Notes: generated from the sequence alone by a model not told the origin. Shown: positions 7,907-16,460, counted from the stretch's first letter. The stretch is DNA of 64,000 bases from Clostridia bacterium (GCA_017464805.1 JAFTYE010000014.1:8476-72475); one strand, 5' to 3'. Numbers and translations are program-made.

Positions 7907-8758
7907 TTATATCGCGTGCAGATTTTTCAGTGAAAGGTCAAGAATAGGCGAGGAGTGCGTCAGAGCGCCGCTGGAGATATAGTCAACACCGACGTCCATG
8001 AGTCTTGCAACGTTTTCTCTCGTTACGTTTCCGCTGCACTCGGTCTCCGCTTTGCCTGCGCAAAGCTCTACGGCTTTCTTCATATCCTCCACGCTCATAT
8101 TGTCAAGCATAATGATGTCAGCGCCTGCTTCAAGCGCTTCTGTCAACATATCCAGATTCTCAACCTCGATTTCTATCTTACGGACGAAGGGCGCGTATTC
8201 CTTTGCCATTCTGACAGCTTCCTTAACGCCGCCTGCCGCGCCGATGTGGTTGTCCTTGAGAAGAATGCCGTCGCTGAGGTTATATCTGTGATTATAGCCA
8301 CCTCCGACCTTTACGGCATACTTTTCAAAAATGCGCATATTGGGAGTGGTCTTTCTTGTGTCGAGAAGCTTGGTTTTGGTTCCCTTCAAAAGATCGGCAA
8401 TGTTGCGAGTGTACGTAGCGATTCCGCTCATTCTCTGCAAGAAATTCAGTGCGGTGCGTTCACCCGAAAGAAGCACGCGGATGTCTCCGCGAACAAGACC
8501 GATCTTCTCACCATTCTTTACTATGTCGCCATCCTGGCCGTAGAAGATAACCTCGGTGCTTGCATCCAGAAGCTCAAACACCCTCTTGAAAACCTCAAGA
8601 CCTGCAATAACTCCGTCCTGCTTGCAGATCAGGTCAACCTCACCTGCCTGATAGCAAGGCATAACCGAATTGGTGGTAATGTCCTCACTTGTAATATCCT
8701 CTCTGAGTGCCTGCAAAATAAGGTTGTCCGCGTTCATTTTCATTGTAATATTATTCAT
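7907..8758 (-). CDS. nadC: Nicotinate-nucleotide diphosphorylase (carboxylating)
   Basis: 283 aa with typical NadC blocks (SGERTALNFLQ, LDTRKTTP, LLKDNH). It overlaps the nadB stop. Confidence 0.9.
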   Translation of the reverse strand: MNNITMKMNADNLILQALREDITSEDITTNSVMPCYQAGEVDLICKQDGVIAGLEVFKRVFELLDASTEVIFYGQDGDIVKNGEKIGLVRGDIRVLLSGERTALNFLQRMSGIATYTRNIADLLKGTKTKLLDTRKTTPNMRIFEKYAVKVGGGYNHRYNLSDGILLKDNHIGAAGGVKEAVRMAKEYAPFVRKIEIEVENLDMLTEALEAGADIIMLDNMSVEDMKKAVELCAGKAETECSGNVTRENVARLMDVGVDYISSGALTHSSPILDLSLKNLHAI

Positions 8759-10028
8759 GGCTTACGCTCTCCTTTTCGATTGCCGCAAGAACGGCGGCTT
8801 TATATTCTTCTTTATAGTTTTGGTATTTTGACTCGTCAATGGTGATTTCCGTATTGGTTGTCAGTGCCGAATATCCCTCAAGCATATGTTTTGCGGCACG
8901 CTTGGCAAACACAAGGCTTTCAAGCAGCGAATTGCTTGCCAGACGGTTTCTGCCGTGAACGCCGTTACAAGCGGTCTCACCTGCCGCATACAGACGCTCC
9001 ATAGAGGTCTTGCTGTATCGATCAACGTCGATGCCACCCATAAAGTAATGCTGGGACGGAACTACGGGGATCGGCTCCTTCGTTGCATCGTATCCTTCGT
9101 CAAGGCAACGCTGATAAATGTTTGGAAAGTGTGTTTTGATCTCCTCTTCGGGAATGGGAGCAAGAGAGAGCCAGACGTGCTTTGTGCCTTCCTTTTTCAT
9201 TTCAGCAAAGATGGCGTTTGCAACCACGTCACGGGGCAACAGCTCATTAACAAAGCGCTCACCCTTTGAGTTAAGCAGGACCGCCCCCTCGCCACGAACC
9301 GACTCGGAGATCAAAAACTCTCTGCTTCCTTCTTTTTCGGTATAGAGTGTCGTGGGGTGTATCTGAATATAGTCGATATGCTGCAGCTTGATGCCGTATT
9401 TGAGTGCAAGCGCAATTGCGTCGCCCGTCAAATGCTTGTAGTTTGTGGAATGCTCGAAGATACCACCGATACCGCCCGTGGCAAGCACAGTATAGTCGGC
9501 CCCAATCGCGGAATATACTCCATTTTCATCGTGTCCGATGATGCCGCGGCACTCATTGCCTTCGCAAATGAGGTCTACCATCGTATAGTTTTCGATAATC
9601 GTAATATTCTCCCTGTTTCTTGCGGTTTCAAGCAAGTGAGAGGTGATCTCCTTTCCCGTCTCGTCCTCGTGGAACAGAATACGCTGATGAGAGTGTGCGC
9701 CCTCGCGGGTGTAAACGAACTCCTCACCGTTCTTTTCAAAGCGAACACCGAAGGCTACAAGATCGGAGATGACCTCTTGCGAGGAATGGATCATGATATG
9801 TACGGAGTCGGGATTGTTCTCATAGTGTCCCGCCTTCATTGTATCCTCGTAGAAGGAGTCGTAATCATCCTCGTCACGCAAAACGCAGATGCCGCCCTGA
9901 GCGAGGTAGGAATCGCTTCTGCGAGCCTTGTTTTTTGTAACAATTATGATGTTTTTATCCTTTGGAAGATTCAGTGCACAGTAAAGACCCGCAACGCCGC
10001 TCCCCACAATTAAAATATCGGTTTTCAT
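8751..10028 (-). CDS. nadB: L-aspartate oxidase
   Basis: FAD fold (ILIVGSGVAGL) and flavoprotein oxidase blocks. It lies between nadA and nadC. Confidence 0.9.
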   Translation of the reverse strand: MKTDILIVGSGVAGLYCALNLPKDKNIIIVTKNKARRSDSYLAQGGICVLRDEDDYDSFYEDTMKAGHYENNPDSVHIMIHSSQEVISDLVAFGVRFEKNGEEFVYTREGAHSHQRILFHEDETGKEITSHLLETARNRENITIIENYTMVDLICEGNECRGIIGHDENGVYSAIGADYTVLATGGIGGIFEHSTNYKHLTGDAIALALKYGIKLQHIDYIQIHPTTLYTEKEGSREFLISESVRGEGAVLLNSKGERFVNELLPRDVVANAIFAEMKKEGTKHVWLSLAPIPEEEIKTHFPNIYQRCLDEGYDATKEPIPVVPSQHYFMGGIDVDRYSKTSMERLYAAGETACNGVHGRNRLASNSLLESLVFAKRAAKHMLEGYSALTTNTEITIDESKYQNYKEEYKAAVLAAIEKESVSHE

Positions 10029-10033
10029 TTTTG

Positions 10034-10945
10034 TTACCTCGCAAGATCCAGCATTTTGTCAAGCGGAGAAAGCGCCGAAGCCCTCTTATCCCCGTCAACC
10101 GTGACCTCGTTTTCCTCGGTCTCCAACACATGCAGAAGCTTTTCAAGCGTATTCAGCTTCATATCCCGGCAAAGAGGTCTTGTTTTTGGAAAATAGAAGT
10201 GCTTGTCCGGATTGTCGGCTGTCAGCTTGTAAGCAACTCCCTCTTCGGTACAGATAATAAATTCCAATGCGGGGCTGTTTTTGGCGTAGTTGATGATCTC
10301 AGACGTGCTTCCGATGTAATCCGATAACGCGAGAACCTCCGCCCTGCATTCAGGATGCGTGAGAACGAGAGCTGACGGGTGCTTTGCTTTTTCGTCCTTC
10401 AATTCGTCCACACTGATAGCTTCGTGAATGGGACAGCATCCGTCATTGAGAATGATATTCTTTTCGGGAATTTGCTCGGCAATGTATCTGCCGAGATTTC
10501 TGTCGGGAATGAAGAAAATGTTTTTGTTTGGCAACGATCTTACGATCTCAATGGCATTGGAGGACGTAACGCACACGTCACTCTTGGATTTGAGCTCTGC
10601 CGTGGAATTGATATAACAGACAACGGCGAGCTCATCATATTTGCTTCGCATTTCCTCGATCTTTCCCTCAGCTACCATATGCGCCATAGGACAGTCTGCC
10701 GTAAGGTCGGGCATCAACACCTTCTTTTCGGGATTGAGTATTTTCGCGCTCTCCCCCATAAAGGACACGCCGCAGAACACAATTATGTCTGCCGCGCTTT
10801 TCTTAGCGATCTTGGCAAGATAGAAGGAGTCCCCCACGTGATCGGCAAGCTCCTGCACCTCAGCGGGAGCATAGTAATGGGCGAGAATGACCGCCTTCTT
10901 GTCTGCTTTCAAATTCAGAATTTTGTTTTTCATTTGTTCTTTCAT
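10034..10945 (-). CDS. nadA: Quinolinate synthase
   Basis: AVILAHYY, FCGVSFMGE and THPEC blocks. The ATG at 10945 follows a GAGG RBS; the longer 10993 start would overrun the promoter. Confidence 0.9.
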   Translation of the reverse strand: MKEQMKNKILNLKADKKAVILAHYYAPAEVQELADHVGDSFYLAKIAKKSAADIIVFCGVSFMGESAKILNPEKKVLMPDLTADCPMAHMVAEGKIEEMRSKYDELAVVCYINSTAELKSKSDVCVTSSNAIEIVRSLPNKNIFFIPDRNLGRYIAEQIPEKNIILNDGCCPIHEAISVDELKDEKAKHPSALVLTHPECRAEVLALSDYIGSTSEIINYAKNSPALEFIICTEEGVAYKLTADNPDKHFYFPKTRPLCRDMKLNTLEKLLHVLETEENEVTVDGDKRASALSPLDKMLDLAR

Positions 10946-10981
10946 TTTGTGCCTCGTAATATAACGAAATCTAACCCGTAT

Positions 10982-11010
10982 ATTATAACACAAAGTTTGT
11001 TAGGTGTCAA
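10982..11010 (-). promoter_or_regulatory. Consensus sigma-70 promoter of nadA-nadB-nadC-niaR
   Basis: TTGACA, 17-nt spacer, TATAAT on the minus strand. A NiaR operator probably overlaps it but I cannot define it. Confidence 0.65.
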
Positions 11011-11065
11011 GTTTGCTGTAAAGTTTTTTTGACGAGTCATAAAAAATTTGCATTCCAATAGAATA

Positions 11066-11090
11066 CCCTCGCTCCATGTCGGAACGAGGG
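11066..11090. repeat. Hairpin copy related to the 7324-7349 terminator
   Basis: CCCTCGCTCC-ATGTC-GGAACGAGGG here versus GCCCTCGTTC-CATTTC-GAACGAGGGC at 7324. Same orientation. This copy has no clear U-tract. Confidence 0.5.
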
Positions 11091-11235
11091 CGTAATCTCT
11101 AGAGTTGAACAATGTTATATTTGAAGATTTCAAATAATAAAATTGTTTTTCGAGGAGTGTTTTCTTTGCTTACAGCGACTCAATTTTTGATATGTAAAAT
11201 CACCGCCAAACTGTTTGACGGTGACTTTGGAATAT

Positions 11236-11898
11236 TTATTTGAAGGACGGCGCATGGGTTTCATTGTTAGCGAAAGTATTGGGTCCGGGATTTGAGAGCG
11301 AGAAATACATTTTCGCCGCTTTAGTCGTACCGAAGTCACGGTTCGAGCCCGTTTCCTGTACCTTGTTGAAGGCATCACGGAACATCTGATTGTGTGCTTC
11401 CTCACGGTTGAGGAGGAAATCAATGGTTTCTCTGACCTTCTTATCCTCAATCTGACGGTAGAGATATTCATATACGACCTTTGCTCGTTGCTCCGATGCG
11501 ATGTTAGAGAGCAAGTCAGCACACAGGTCGCCCGTCACGGTAACATAATCGCCCGTCCAAGAATATCCCGAAGAATTGATGAGTCCGGGATTGAGACCAA
11601 GCAGAACATGAGTTTGTACCTCTCCTGCCTGCACCTTGGTTGCGTCCACGTCGTGTCCATTGAGCAGATTGATGGTCTGCGCTACCATCTCCATATGACC
11701 AAGCTCCTCGGCTGCAATATCAAGGAATAAGTCTTTGATCTCGGGATCCTTGATTCTGAAGCTTTGTGACATATATTGCATAGCCGCCTTCAATTCGCCA
11801 TTACCGCCGCCAAGTTGTTCCTGAAGCAAAACGGCATACTGCGAATTCGGTCTTTCGACCTCTACGGGATGAAATAACTGTTTTTCGTGTTTGAACAT
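11236..11898 (-). CDS. Manganese catalase family protein
   Basis: GELKAAMQY, AAEELGHMEMV and REEAH blocks of the ferritin-like Mn-catalase/CotJC family. Confidence 0.85.
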   Translation of the reverse strand: MFKHEKQLFHPVEVERPNSQYAVLLQEQLGGGNGELKAAMQYMSQSFRIKDPEIKDLFLDIAAEELGHMEMVAQTINLLNGHDVDATKVQAGEVQTHVLLGLNPGLINSSGYSWTGDYVTVTGDLCADLLSNIASEQRAKVVYEYLYRQIEDKKVRETIDFLLNREEAHNQMFRDAFNKVQETGSNRDFGTTKAAKMYFSLSNPGPNTFANNETHAPSFK

Positions 11899-11955
11899 AT
11901 ATACCTCCGTTTTTTGTATTCACCGTTATTATTTCCCAAAGTGAGAAAAAATATA

Positions 11956-11984
11956 TTGACGAATGCAGAAAATTATGGTACAAT
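11956..11984 (+). promoter_or_regulatory. Strong promoter driving the tRNA-like RNA gene
   Basis: TTGACG, 17-nt spacer, TGgTACAAT (extended -10). The predicted TSS is about 20 nt before the RNA 5' end. Confidence 0.7.
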
Positions 11985-12009
11985 AGCTTTCGTTAATAAG
12001 ATTTTTCGC

Positions 12010-12236
12010 AGGAGTGACGGCATAGGTTTCCACGGCGATGATTTGTGGGAGGTTGTGGCTTGACCACGGTTTTGACCATCTACAGCTTTGGACTACGTGG
12101 AAACAGTGTTTGTAAGAGCACCCGAAAATCGTTTTTGGACGGGGAGCCCCGAAAAGCCTTGTAAATCAAGGGAAAAATCAGTGCAGATTTGTTTGGGAGC
12201 AAGATGCTACAGGTTCGAGTCCTGTCACTTCGACCA
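12010..12236 (+). ncRNA. tRNA-like / tmRNA-like RNA (atypical ssrA candidate, about 227 nt)
   Basis: A 7-bp acceptor helix pairs 12010-12016 with 12226-12232 and has G:U at position 3:70. The T arm is canonical: ACAGG-TTCGAGT-CCTGT. Discriminator A and an encoded CCA follow. The 5' block ACGGCATAGGTTTCCACGG resembles the tmRNA GGNUUCGACGG region. It has its own promoter and terminator. No canonical ...ALAA tag ORF was found, and it is shorter than the Firmicute tmRNAs I remember. Confidence 0.55.
12216..12236 (+). repeat. Direct repeat copy 1 (3' end of the tRNA-like RNA)
   Basis: CGAGTCCTGTCACTTCGACCA, identical to 12359-12379. Confidence 0.9.
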
Positions 12237-12282
12237 AAATTTCCAAGGGATGGCTTTTGCTATCCCTTGGAAATTTTCTTTT
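12237..12282 (+). terminator. Intrinsic terminator immediately after the encoded CCA
   Basis: Perfect 15-bp stem AAATTTCCAAGGGAT/ATCCCTTGGAAATTT with a 10-nt loop, then TCTTTT. Confidence 0.8.
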
Positions 12283-12358
12283 AGATGCGAAAGGACTCGA
12301 AAGACGGGTCCTGAAAATGACACAGTCATTTTCCCATCGTGGCTTTTCCACAGAAAAG

Positions 12359-12379
12359 CGAGTCCTGTCACTTCGACCA
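12359..12379 (+). repeat. Direct repeat copy 2 (orphan 3'-end fragment, att-like)
   Basis: Identical 21-mer, but the 5' half of the T arm is missing upstream of it. Confidence 0.9.
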
Positions 12380-12384
12380 TCGAA

Positions 12385-12414
12385 AGAGGGACGGCCATCG
12401 GCCGTCCTCTTTTT
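12385..12414 (+). terminator. Second intrinsic terminator, after the orphan repeat copy
   Basis: AGAGGGACGGCC-ATC-GGCCGTCCTCT followed by TTTT. Confidence 0.75.
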
Positions 12415-12492
12415 AATATTTCCACTCTATATCACGAACATCCTCATAAGGGATTTTTCTTTCTGCGTCTGCCTAGAACAAATCATCAACCT

Positions 12493-12827
12493 CTACGACA
12501 CCCAAGATTTTTTGTCCTCGGAAAGCGTAAAGCTAATCCAATTTGCTCCCGTCCCCAACACACCAGACGCCTTTCCCTTCTTAGTCCTCAAATCAAACGA
12601 GGATACGACAGAAAGAGGCAACCCGGAACCGGTACTGTAAGAATAATATAACATATTGTCCCTGTATGCCATCTGAGTGACACTCCTACCTCCCGCCATG
12701 GTGTACACTTCGTATCCGCAGACAACCACAACGGAAAGAGGACATACTCTTCATCAACGGGCGTACATGCTACAACACAGCAAAGCGCAAACAAAACGAC
12801 AAACACGGCAGAAACGATCTTTTTCAT
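12493..12827 (-). pseudogene. Small lipoprotein gene split across two frames (frameshift or sequencing error)
   Basis: One frame carries the lipoprotein signal MKKIVSAVFVVLFALCCVVAC (ORF 12588..12827). The protein-like remainder (YEVYTMAGGRSVTQMAYRDNMLYYSYSTGSG...) is in another frame (ORF 12493..12729). The switch is near 12725-12745. Confidence 0.5.
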
Positions 12828-12967
12828 ACAGTTCTCCTTTCATACATACGCGTGTTATGTAACATCGTGTGGTCAGATTCGAATTTATTAGACCATATAT
12901 GCCATTTTTTGAAAAGAATTGTTATAAAAGACAATTTTGTGCAAAACAGGTGCCCATCAGTTTCCAC

Positions 12968-12996
12968 TTGCCAATTCCCTATCATTATGGTATAAT
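12968..12996 (+). promoter_or_regulatory. Promoter of the GH63-like gene
   Basis: TTGCCA, 17-nt spacer, TATAAT. Confidence 0.6.
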
Positions 12997-13024
12997 ATAA
13001 CAAATCCCGAAGGAGGTGGCTTAC

Positions 13025-14242
13025 ATGAGCAGCATAGAACATTACGGCGAATTGATTCGCCAATATACCAAAAACAACTACAAGGCGTGTCTGCGTGAGG
13101 GGGCGGGTGCTCTTGCCCATCCCTTTATCGTTCCAGGAAGCGTATACGCCAACCAGCTGTGGGACTGGGACAGCTGGCTGACGGACCTTGCCTTGCACGA
13201 GATTGCGGGAGACGAGGACATATCGGCGTATGAGAAGGGGTGTGTTCTGAACTTTTTGGATCACATCAACGAAGATGGCAAGATTCCGATCGTGATCGAG
13301 GAAACGTACGGGGCACTTCAGAAGGACTTTTCCCTTTCCAAGAACTCCCACAAGCCCTGCCTTGCCCAGCACGCGCTTTTCGTGTGCGAGCAGAATGGCG
13401 ATTTTGGGTGGCTTCGTCCGCGATTTGAGGAGCTTGTGCAGTTTGTGGAATGGTACGAGCGCACCAGCCTGCATGAATCCGGGCTTTATTTCTGGCAGGA
13501 CGATTTTGCCATTGGCGTAGACAACGATCCCGGCACCTTTTACCGCCCCGAAAGGAGCTCTGCCTCGATTTATCTCAACTGTTTGATGTATCGGGAGCTG
13601 AAAGCCATGGCAAAGCTTTGCACTGCTTTCGGTGACACGGCGAAAAGTTCGCTTTATACCGACCGTGCAGCAAGGCTGGGGGACGCGATCCGCGATCTGT
13701 GTTGGGACGAACGCGACGGCTTTTTCTACAACGTGGACGTGAATCTTTTACCGATCGATCCGTCCATCCACCTGCATTCAGGATGTCCGCGCCATTGGAG
13801 CACGCTGATCCAACGCATTGACGTGTGGACGGGCTTTATGCCGCTTTGGGCCGGCATTGCCACACCCGAGCAGGCGAAGCGCATGCTTGACCGTTATCTG
13901 GACGAGAGGACCTTCCACTCGTCTTTTGGCATCCGTTCCCTGTCGCGCCTTGAAAAGATGTACTGCATCAAAAAGTCGGGCAACCCGTCCTGCTGGCTGG
14001 GACCAATCTGGGGTGTGGTGAACTACATGGTCTTTGAGGGGCTTTGCCGTTACGACTACACGGAAGAGGCGCGCCGACTGGCAGAAAAGACCGTGACCCT
14101 GTACGGACGGGACATCGAGGCGTGCGGCGAGATGCACGAATACTACGATCCTGATACAGGCATCGGTGTCAACAACCAAGGCTTCCAAAGCTGGAACATG
14201 CTTTCCTACAACATGTACCGGTGGCTTGCGATACAAAAATAA
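13025..14242 (+). CDS. GH63-like / trehalase-like (alpha/alpha)6 glycoside hydrolase (MGH1-like)
   Basis: LWDWDSW, FGIRSLS, NPSCWLGPIWGVVNYM and EYYDPDTG blocks. The ATG at 13025 follows GAAGGAGGTG. Confidence 0.75.
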   Translation: MSSIEHYGELIRQYTKNNYKACLREGAGALAHPFIVPGSVYANQLWDWDSWLTDLALHEIAGDEDISAYEKGCVLNFLDHINEDGKIPIVIEETYGALQKDFSLSKNSHKPCLAQHALFVCEQNGDFGWLRPRFEELVQFVEWYERTSLHESGLYFWQDDFAIGVDNDPGTFYRPERSSASIYLNCLMYRELKAMAKLCTAFGDTAKSSLYTDRAARLGDAIRDLCWDERDGFFYNVDVNLLPIDPSIHLHSGCPRHWSTLIQRIDVWTGFMPLWAGIATPEQAKRMLDRYLDERTFHSSFGIRSLSRLEKMYCIKKSGNPSCWLGPIWGVVNYMVFEGLCRYDYTEEARRLAEKTVTLYGRDIEACGEMHEYYDPDTGIGVNNQGFQSWNMLSYNMYRWLAIQK

Positions 14243-14245
14243 GTC

Positions 14246-14279
14246 AAAAAAAAGGAACGCGGATGCGTTCCTCTTTTTT
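14246..14279. terminator. Bidirectional terminator
   Basis: A-run, AGGAACGC-GGAT-GCGTTCCT, T-run. Confidence 0.75.
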
Positions 14280-14700
14280 AATTGTTATGCACTGTATGTT
14301 TTTTTGCGAGGATTACTGCCGCAAAGGCAACGAGCAGAACGAGGATACCGAAGGAGCCTGTGACGTTGGAATTACAGCCACCCTCATCCTTGGCAGGGGG
14401 CGTCTGATTATCATCGTTTACATCGCCGTTACCGTCTCCCGTGTTATCATCGGGAGCGGCCGGAAGCTTTTCGACGGGTTCCATCTTGGTCTGCTCACAA
14501 TCGGCGCAGGTGAAGGTCTTGATACCTTCTTTATCCTGCGTGGGTTCGGTCGTTACAACGCCCGCATCCCATGCGTGTGCGGCATACACGATGTCACCGC
14601 AAGCGCAGGTCTGCTTGTGCTACTCTGCATCCTGCTGTTCCCAGTCGTCGTACGTGTGCTCGGCGGTCTTTTCCACAGCTTCGGTCTTTTCATGTGAATA
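14278..14700 (-). pseudogene. Remnant of a membrane-anchored surface protein (Cys-pair repeat module plus C-terminal TM anchor), interrupted by an in-frame TAG
   Basis: The frame reads ...EHTYDDWEQQDAE*HKQTCACGDIVYAAHAWDAGVVTTEPT..GIKTFTCADCEQTK...GSFGILVLLVAFAAVILAKK, with TAG at 14620-14622. No credible start or RBS lies upstream. The track ORF 14278..14589 begins at a GTG. Confidence 0.45.
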
Positions 14701-14732
14701 TTTATACAGATATATTGTACCATCTAATATGA

Positions 14733-14755
14733 AAGGGCGACCCTCGGTCGCCCTT
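14733..14755. terminator. Terminator ending the BSH-chrA-AttH-like operon
   Basis: AAGGGCGACC-CTC-GGTCGCCCTT with flanking A/T runs. Confidence 0.7.
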
Positions 14756-14768
14756 TTTATATGTGTTT

Positions 14769-15863
14769 TTATACGTCCTCGTCGAGGCCGAAGTACATTT
14801 GCTCCCAGATGCCATTTTCCGAGATCGTTTCCACAATTTCATCCCCCTCGAAGCGTTCGAGCGTGACGGTACCGACCATACGGATATAACTGGGTGCGAG
14901 CTTCATTTTCTTGACGAACCAGATCAGGGCTTTGCTTGCCTTGGCTCTGGCGGAGCCGTAGCCTTGATCTACCACAAAGGTTTCTATAATATCCTCCGCG
15001 CGATAGGTCACGCGGAAGTGGTGTGCGCCGTCGTTGTAGTCGTAGACGAGCGTTTTGTGAAAGTGCTTTTGCGTGATGGGATCGAAGGCGGCATCCCGCT
15101 GTTCATAGGTGATGGCGTCAATGTCACAGCCGAGCTTTTCGCCGTTTTTATAGATGACGAAGATGGGAAAATGCTTATAGTCATACTTTTTCTTGGCCGT
15201 GATGTAGCTGGAGATGACCTGATAATCCCCGACTTTTGCCCTGCCCCAATACCAATGGTGCATGAGCCAGAACATACCGATATTGCCCCAGTTGTGATCG
15301 TGATAGCCGGAACCCGACAGCGAAAGCGTTTTTCCGTCCAGGATGATGGTGGCTTGCACGACCCCCTCCGGCACGGAGGGAAGCCAGGCGAAATACTTTT
15401 TCTCGCCAAAGAAAATCTGGCCCGACTTGTGGCGATAGCTTTCAGCCAGGCCTTTTAAGGTCACGTCGCACTGTATACGGTCATTTTCAAAATGGATCGC
15501 ATAATCCTTGAGGTTGCCGCGAATGGTGTTTTTGCCGACACGGACATCACATCCTTTACGCGAGAAGAAAGAGTCCTTCAGGGGAGCGGAGACCTCCTCG
15601 AGAATCTCGTGACCGCCGCCAGTAAGAGAAAAGGAGACACAAGGGGCGTAGCCGAGGGTGGCCGCCGTAACGGGCTGGGAATAGAAGATGATGACGAGCG
15701 AGTAGCCGCCATCCAGTTTGGCATCGAAATACCACCACTCGTATTCACCGAATTTTCCATTCGTGCGGAGTCCATCCTCCTTCTGCTCGATTTTATCGGG
15801 CGAAATTCCGATTTTTTTGTAGTCCTTCGGTTGGTCTGCAAGGCGTGCAATCAACTTTTTCAT
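14769..15863 (-). CDS. AttH/CrtC-like (hydroxyneurosporene synthase family, lipocalin-like) protein
   Basis: EYEWWYFDA and GYHDHNWGN motifs typical of this family. Confidence 0.6.
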   Translation of the reverse strand: MKKLIARLADQPKDYKKIGISPDKIEQKEDGLRTNGKFGEYEWWYFDAKLDGGYSLVIIFYSQPVTAATLGYAPCVSFSLTGGGHEILEEVSAPLKDSFFSRKGCDVRVGKNTIRGNLKDYAIHFENDRIQCDVTLKGLAESYRHKSGQIFFGEKKYFAWLPSVPEGVVQATIILDGKTLSLSGSGYHDHNWGNIGMFWLMHHWYWGRAKVGDYQVISSYITAKKKYDYKHFPIFVIYKNGEKLGCDIDAITYEQRDAAFDPITQKHFHKTLVYDYNDGAHHFRVTYRAEDIIETFVVDQGYGSARAKASKALIWFVKKMKLAPSYIRMVGTVTLERFEGDEIVETISENGIWEQMYFGLDEDV

Positions 15864-15887
15864 AACTTCATCTCCTTGTGAATTGTA

Positions 15888-16460
15888 TTAGAAAGAATAC
15901 AGGATCATGCCAAGCCCAGCGGAGATGAGGATCATGAGAATGGGAGAGGGCTTTTTGCTTCTGATCTTCTTGAACACGTTTGCAAAAATCGCCACGACGG
16001 CGAGGATGGCAATTCCCTTCCAGTCGGGAGAAATGCTGTCCCCAGTTACCTCAAAGTTAAGTAGCGTGCTGAGGAAGAGGGTGATCGAGGTGGCAAGGAT
16101 CAGGGCGATCACACAAGGACGGACGCCGCGCAGAAAAGCCTGCACCCCTGCATATTTCAGGAAATTGCGGATGACCGAGCTGATCAAAAGTATAATGATA
16201 AAGGACGGCAGAACGACACCGAGGGTAGCGAGAAGCGAGCCAAGCATGCCCCCCTGCGTGGATCCGACAAAGGTTGCCATATTGATGGCAATGGGGCCTG
16301 GGGTGGATTCGGACACGGCGATGACGTTGAGGATCTCTTCTTCGGTGAGCCAGCCGTGGGACATCACCTTCTCGCGCACCATGGAAATCATGGCGTAGCC
16401 GCCACCAAAGGAAACCGCACCGATCTGCAAGAAGGTCAAAAAAAGCTCCAAATAGATCAT
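15888..16460 (-). CDS. Chromate transporter (CHR) family protein, half-size, second subunit
   Basis: FGGGYAMI motif, about 190 aa and multi-TM. It overlaps the upstream half-size gene by 4 nt. Confidence 0.8.
   Translation of the reverse strand: MIYLELFLTFLQIGAVSFGGGYAMISMVREKVMSHGWLTEEEILNVIAVSESTPGPIAINMATFVGSTQGGMLGSLLATLGVVLPSFIIILLISSVIRNFLKYAGVQAFLRGVRPCVIALILATSITLFLSTLLNFEVTGDSISPDWKGIAILAVVAIFANVFKKIRSKKPSPILMILISAGLGMILYSF

Noticed and set aside
10985-11035. NiaR operator at the nadA promoter (TTGACACCTAA region)
   Set aside because: I expect one here. I cannot recall the NiaR motif precisely enough to place it, and no clear palindrome is visible, so no feature is reported.
12010-12379. 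Reading the whole 370-nt span as one standard-length tmRNA ending at the second CCA
   Set aside because: The second copy lacks the 5' half of the T arm and the GTTC loop start. A 15-bp perfect terminator hairpin with a U-tract sits in the middle. No tag ORF appears in the added segment.
12088-12651. 187-aa ORF spanning the tRNA-like RNA, both terminators and the downstream spacer
   Set aside because: It reads straight through two strong intrinsic terminators and the T arm/CCA. It uses a TTG start without an RBS. It is an artefact of an RNA locus.
14620-14622. In-frame TAG as a pyrrolysine or readthrough codon
   Set aside because: There are no pyl genes or methylamine methyltransferase context in the window. 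The gene also lacks a start, so a decayed pseudogene is the simpler reading.
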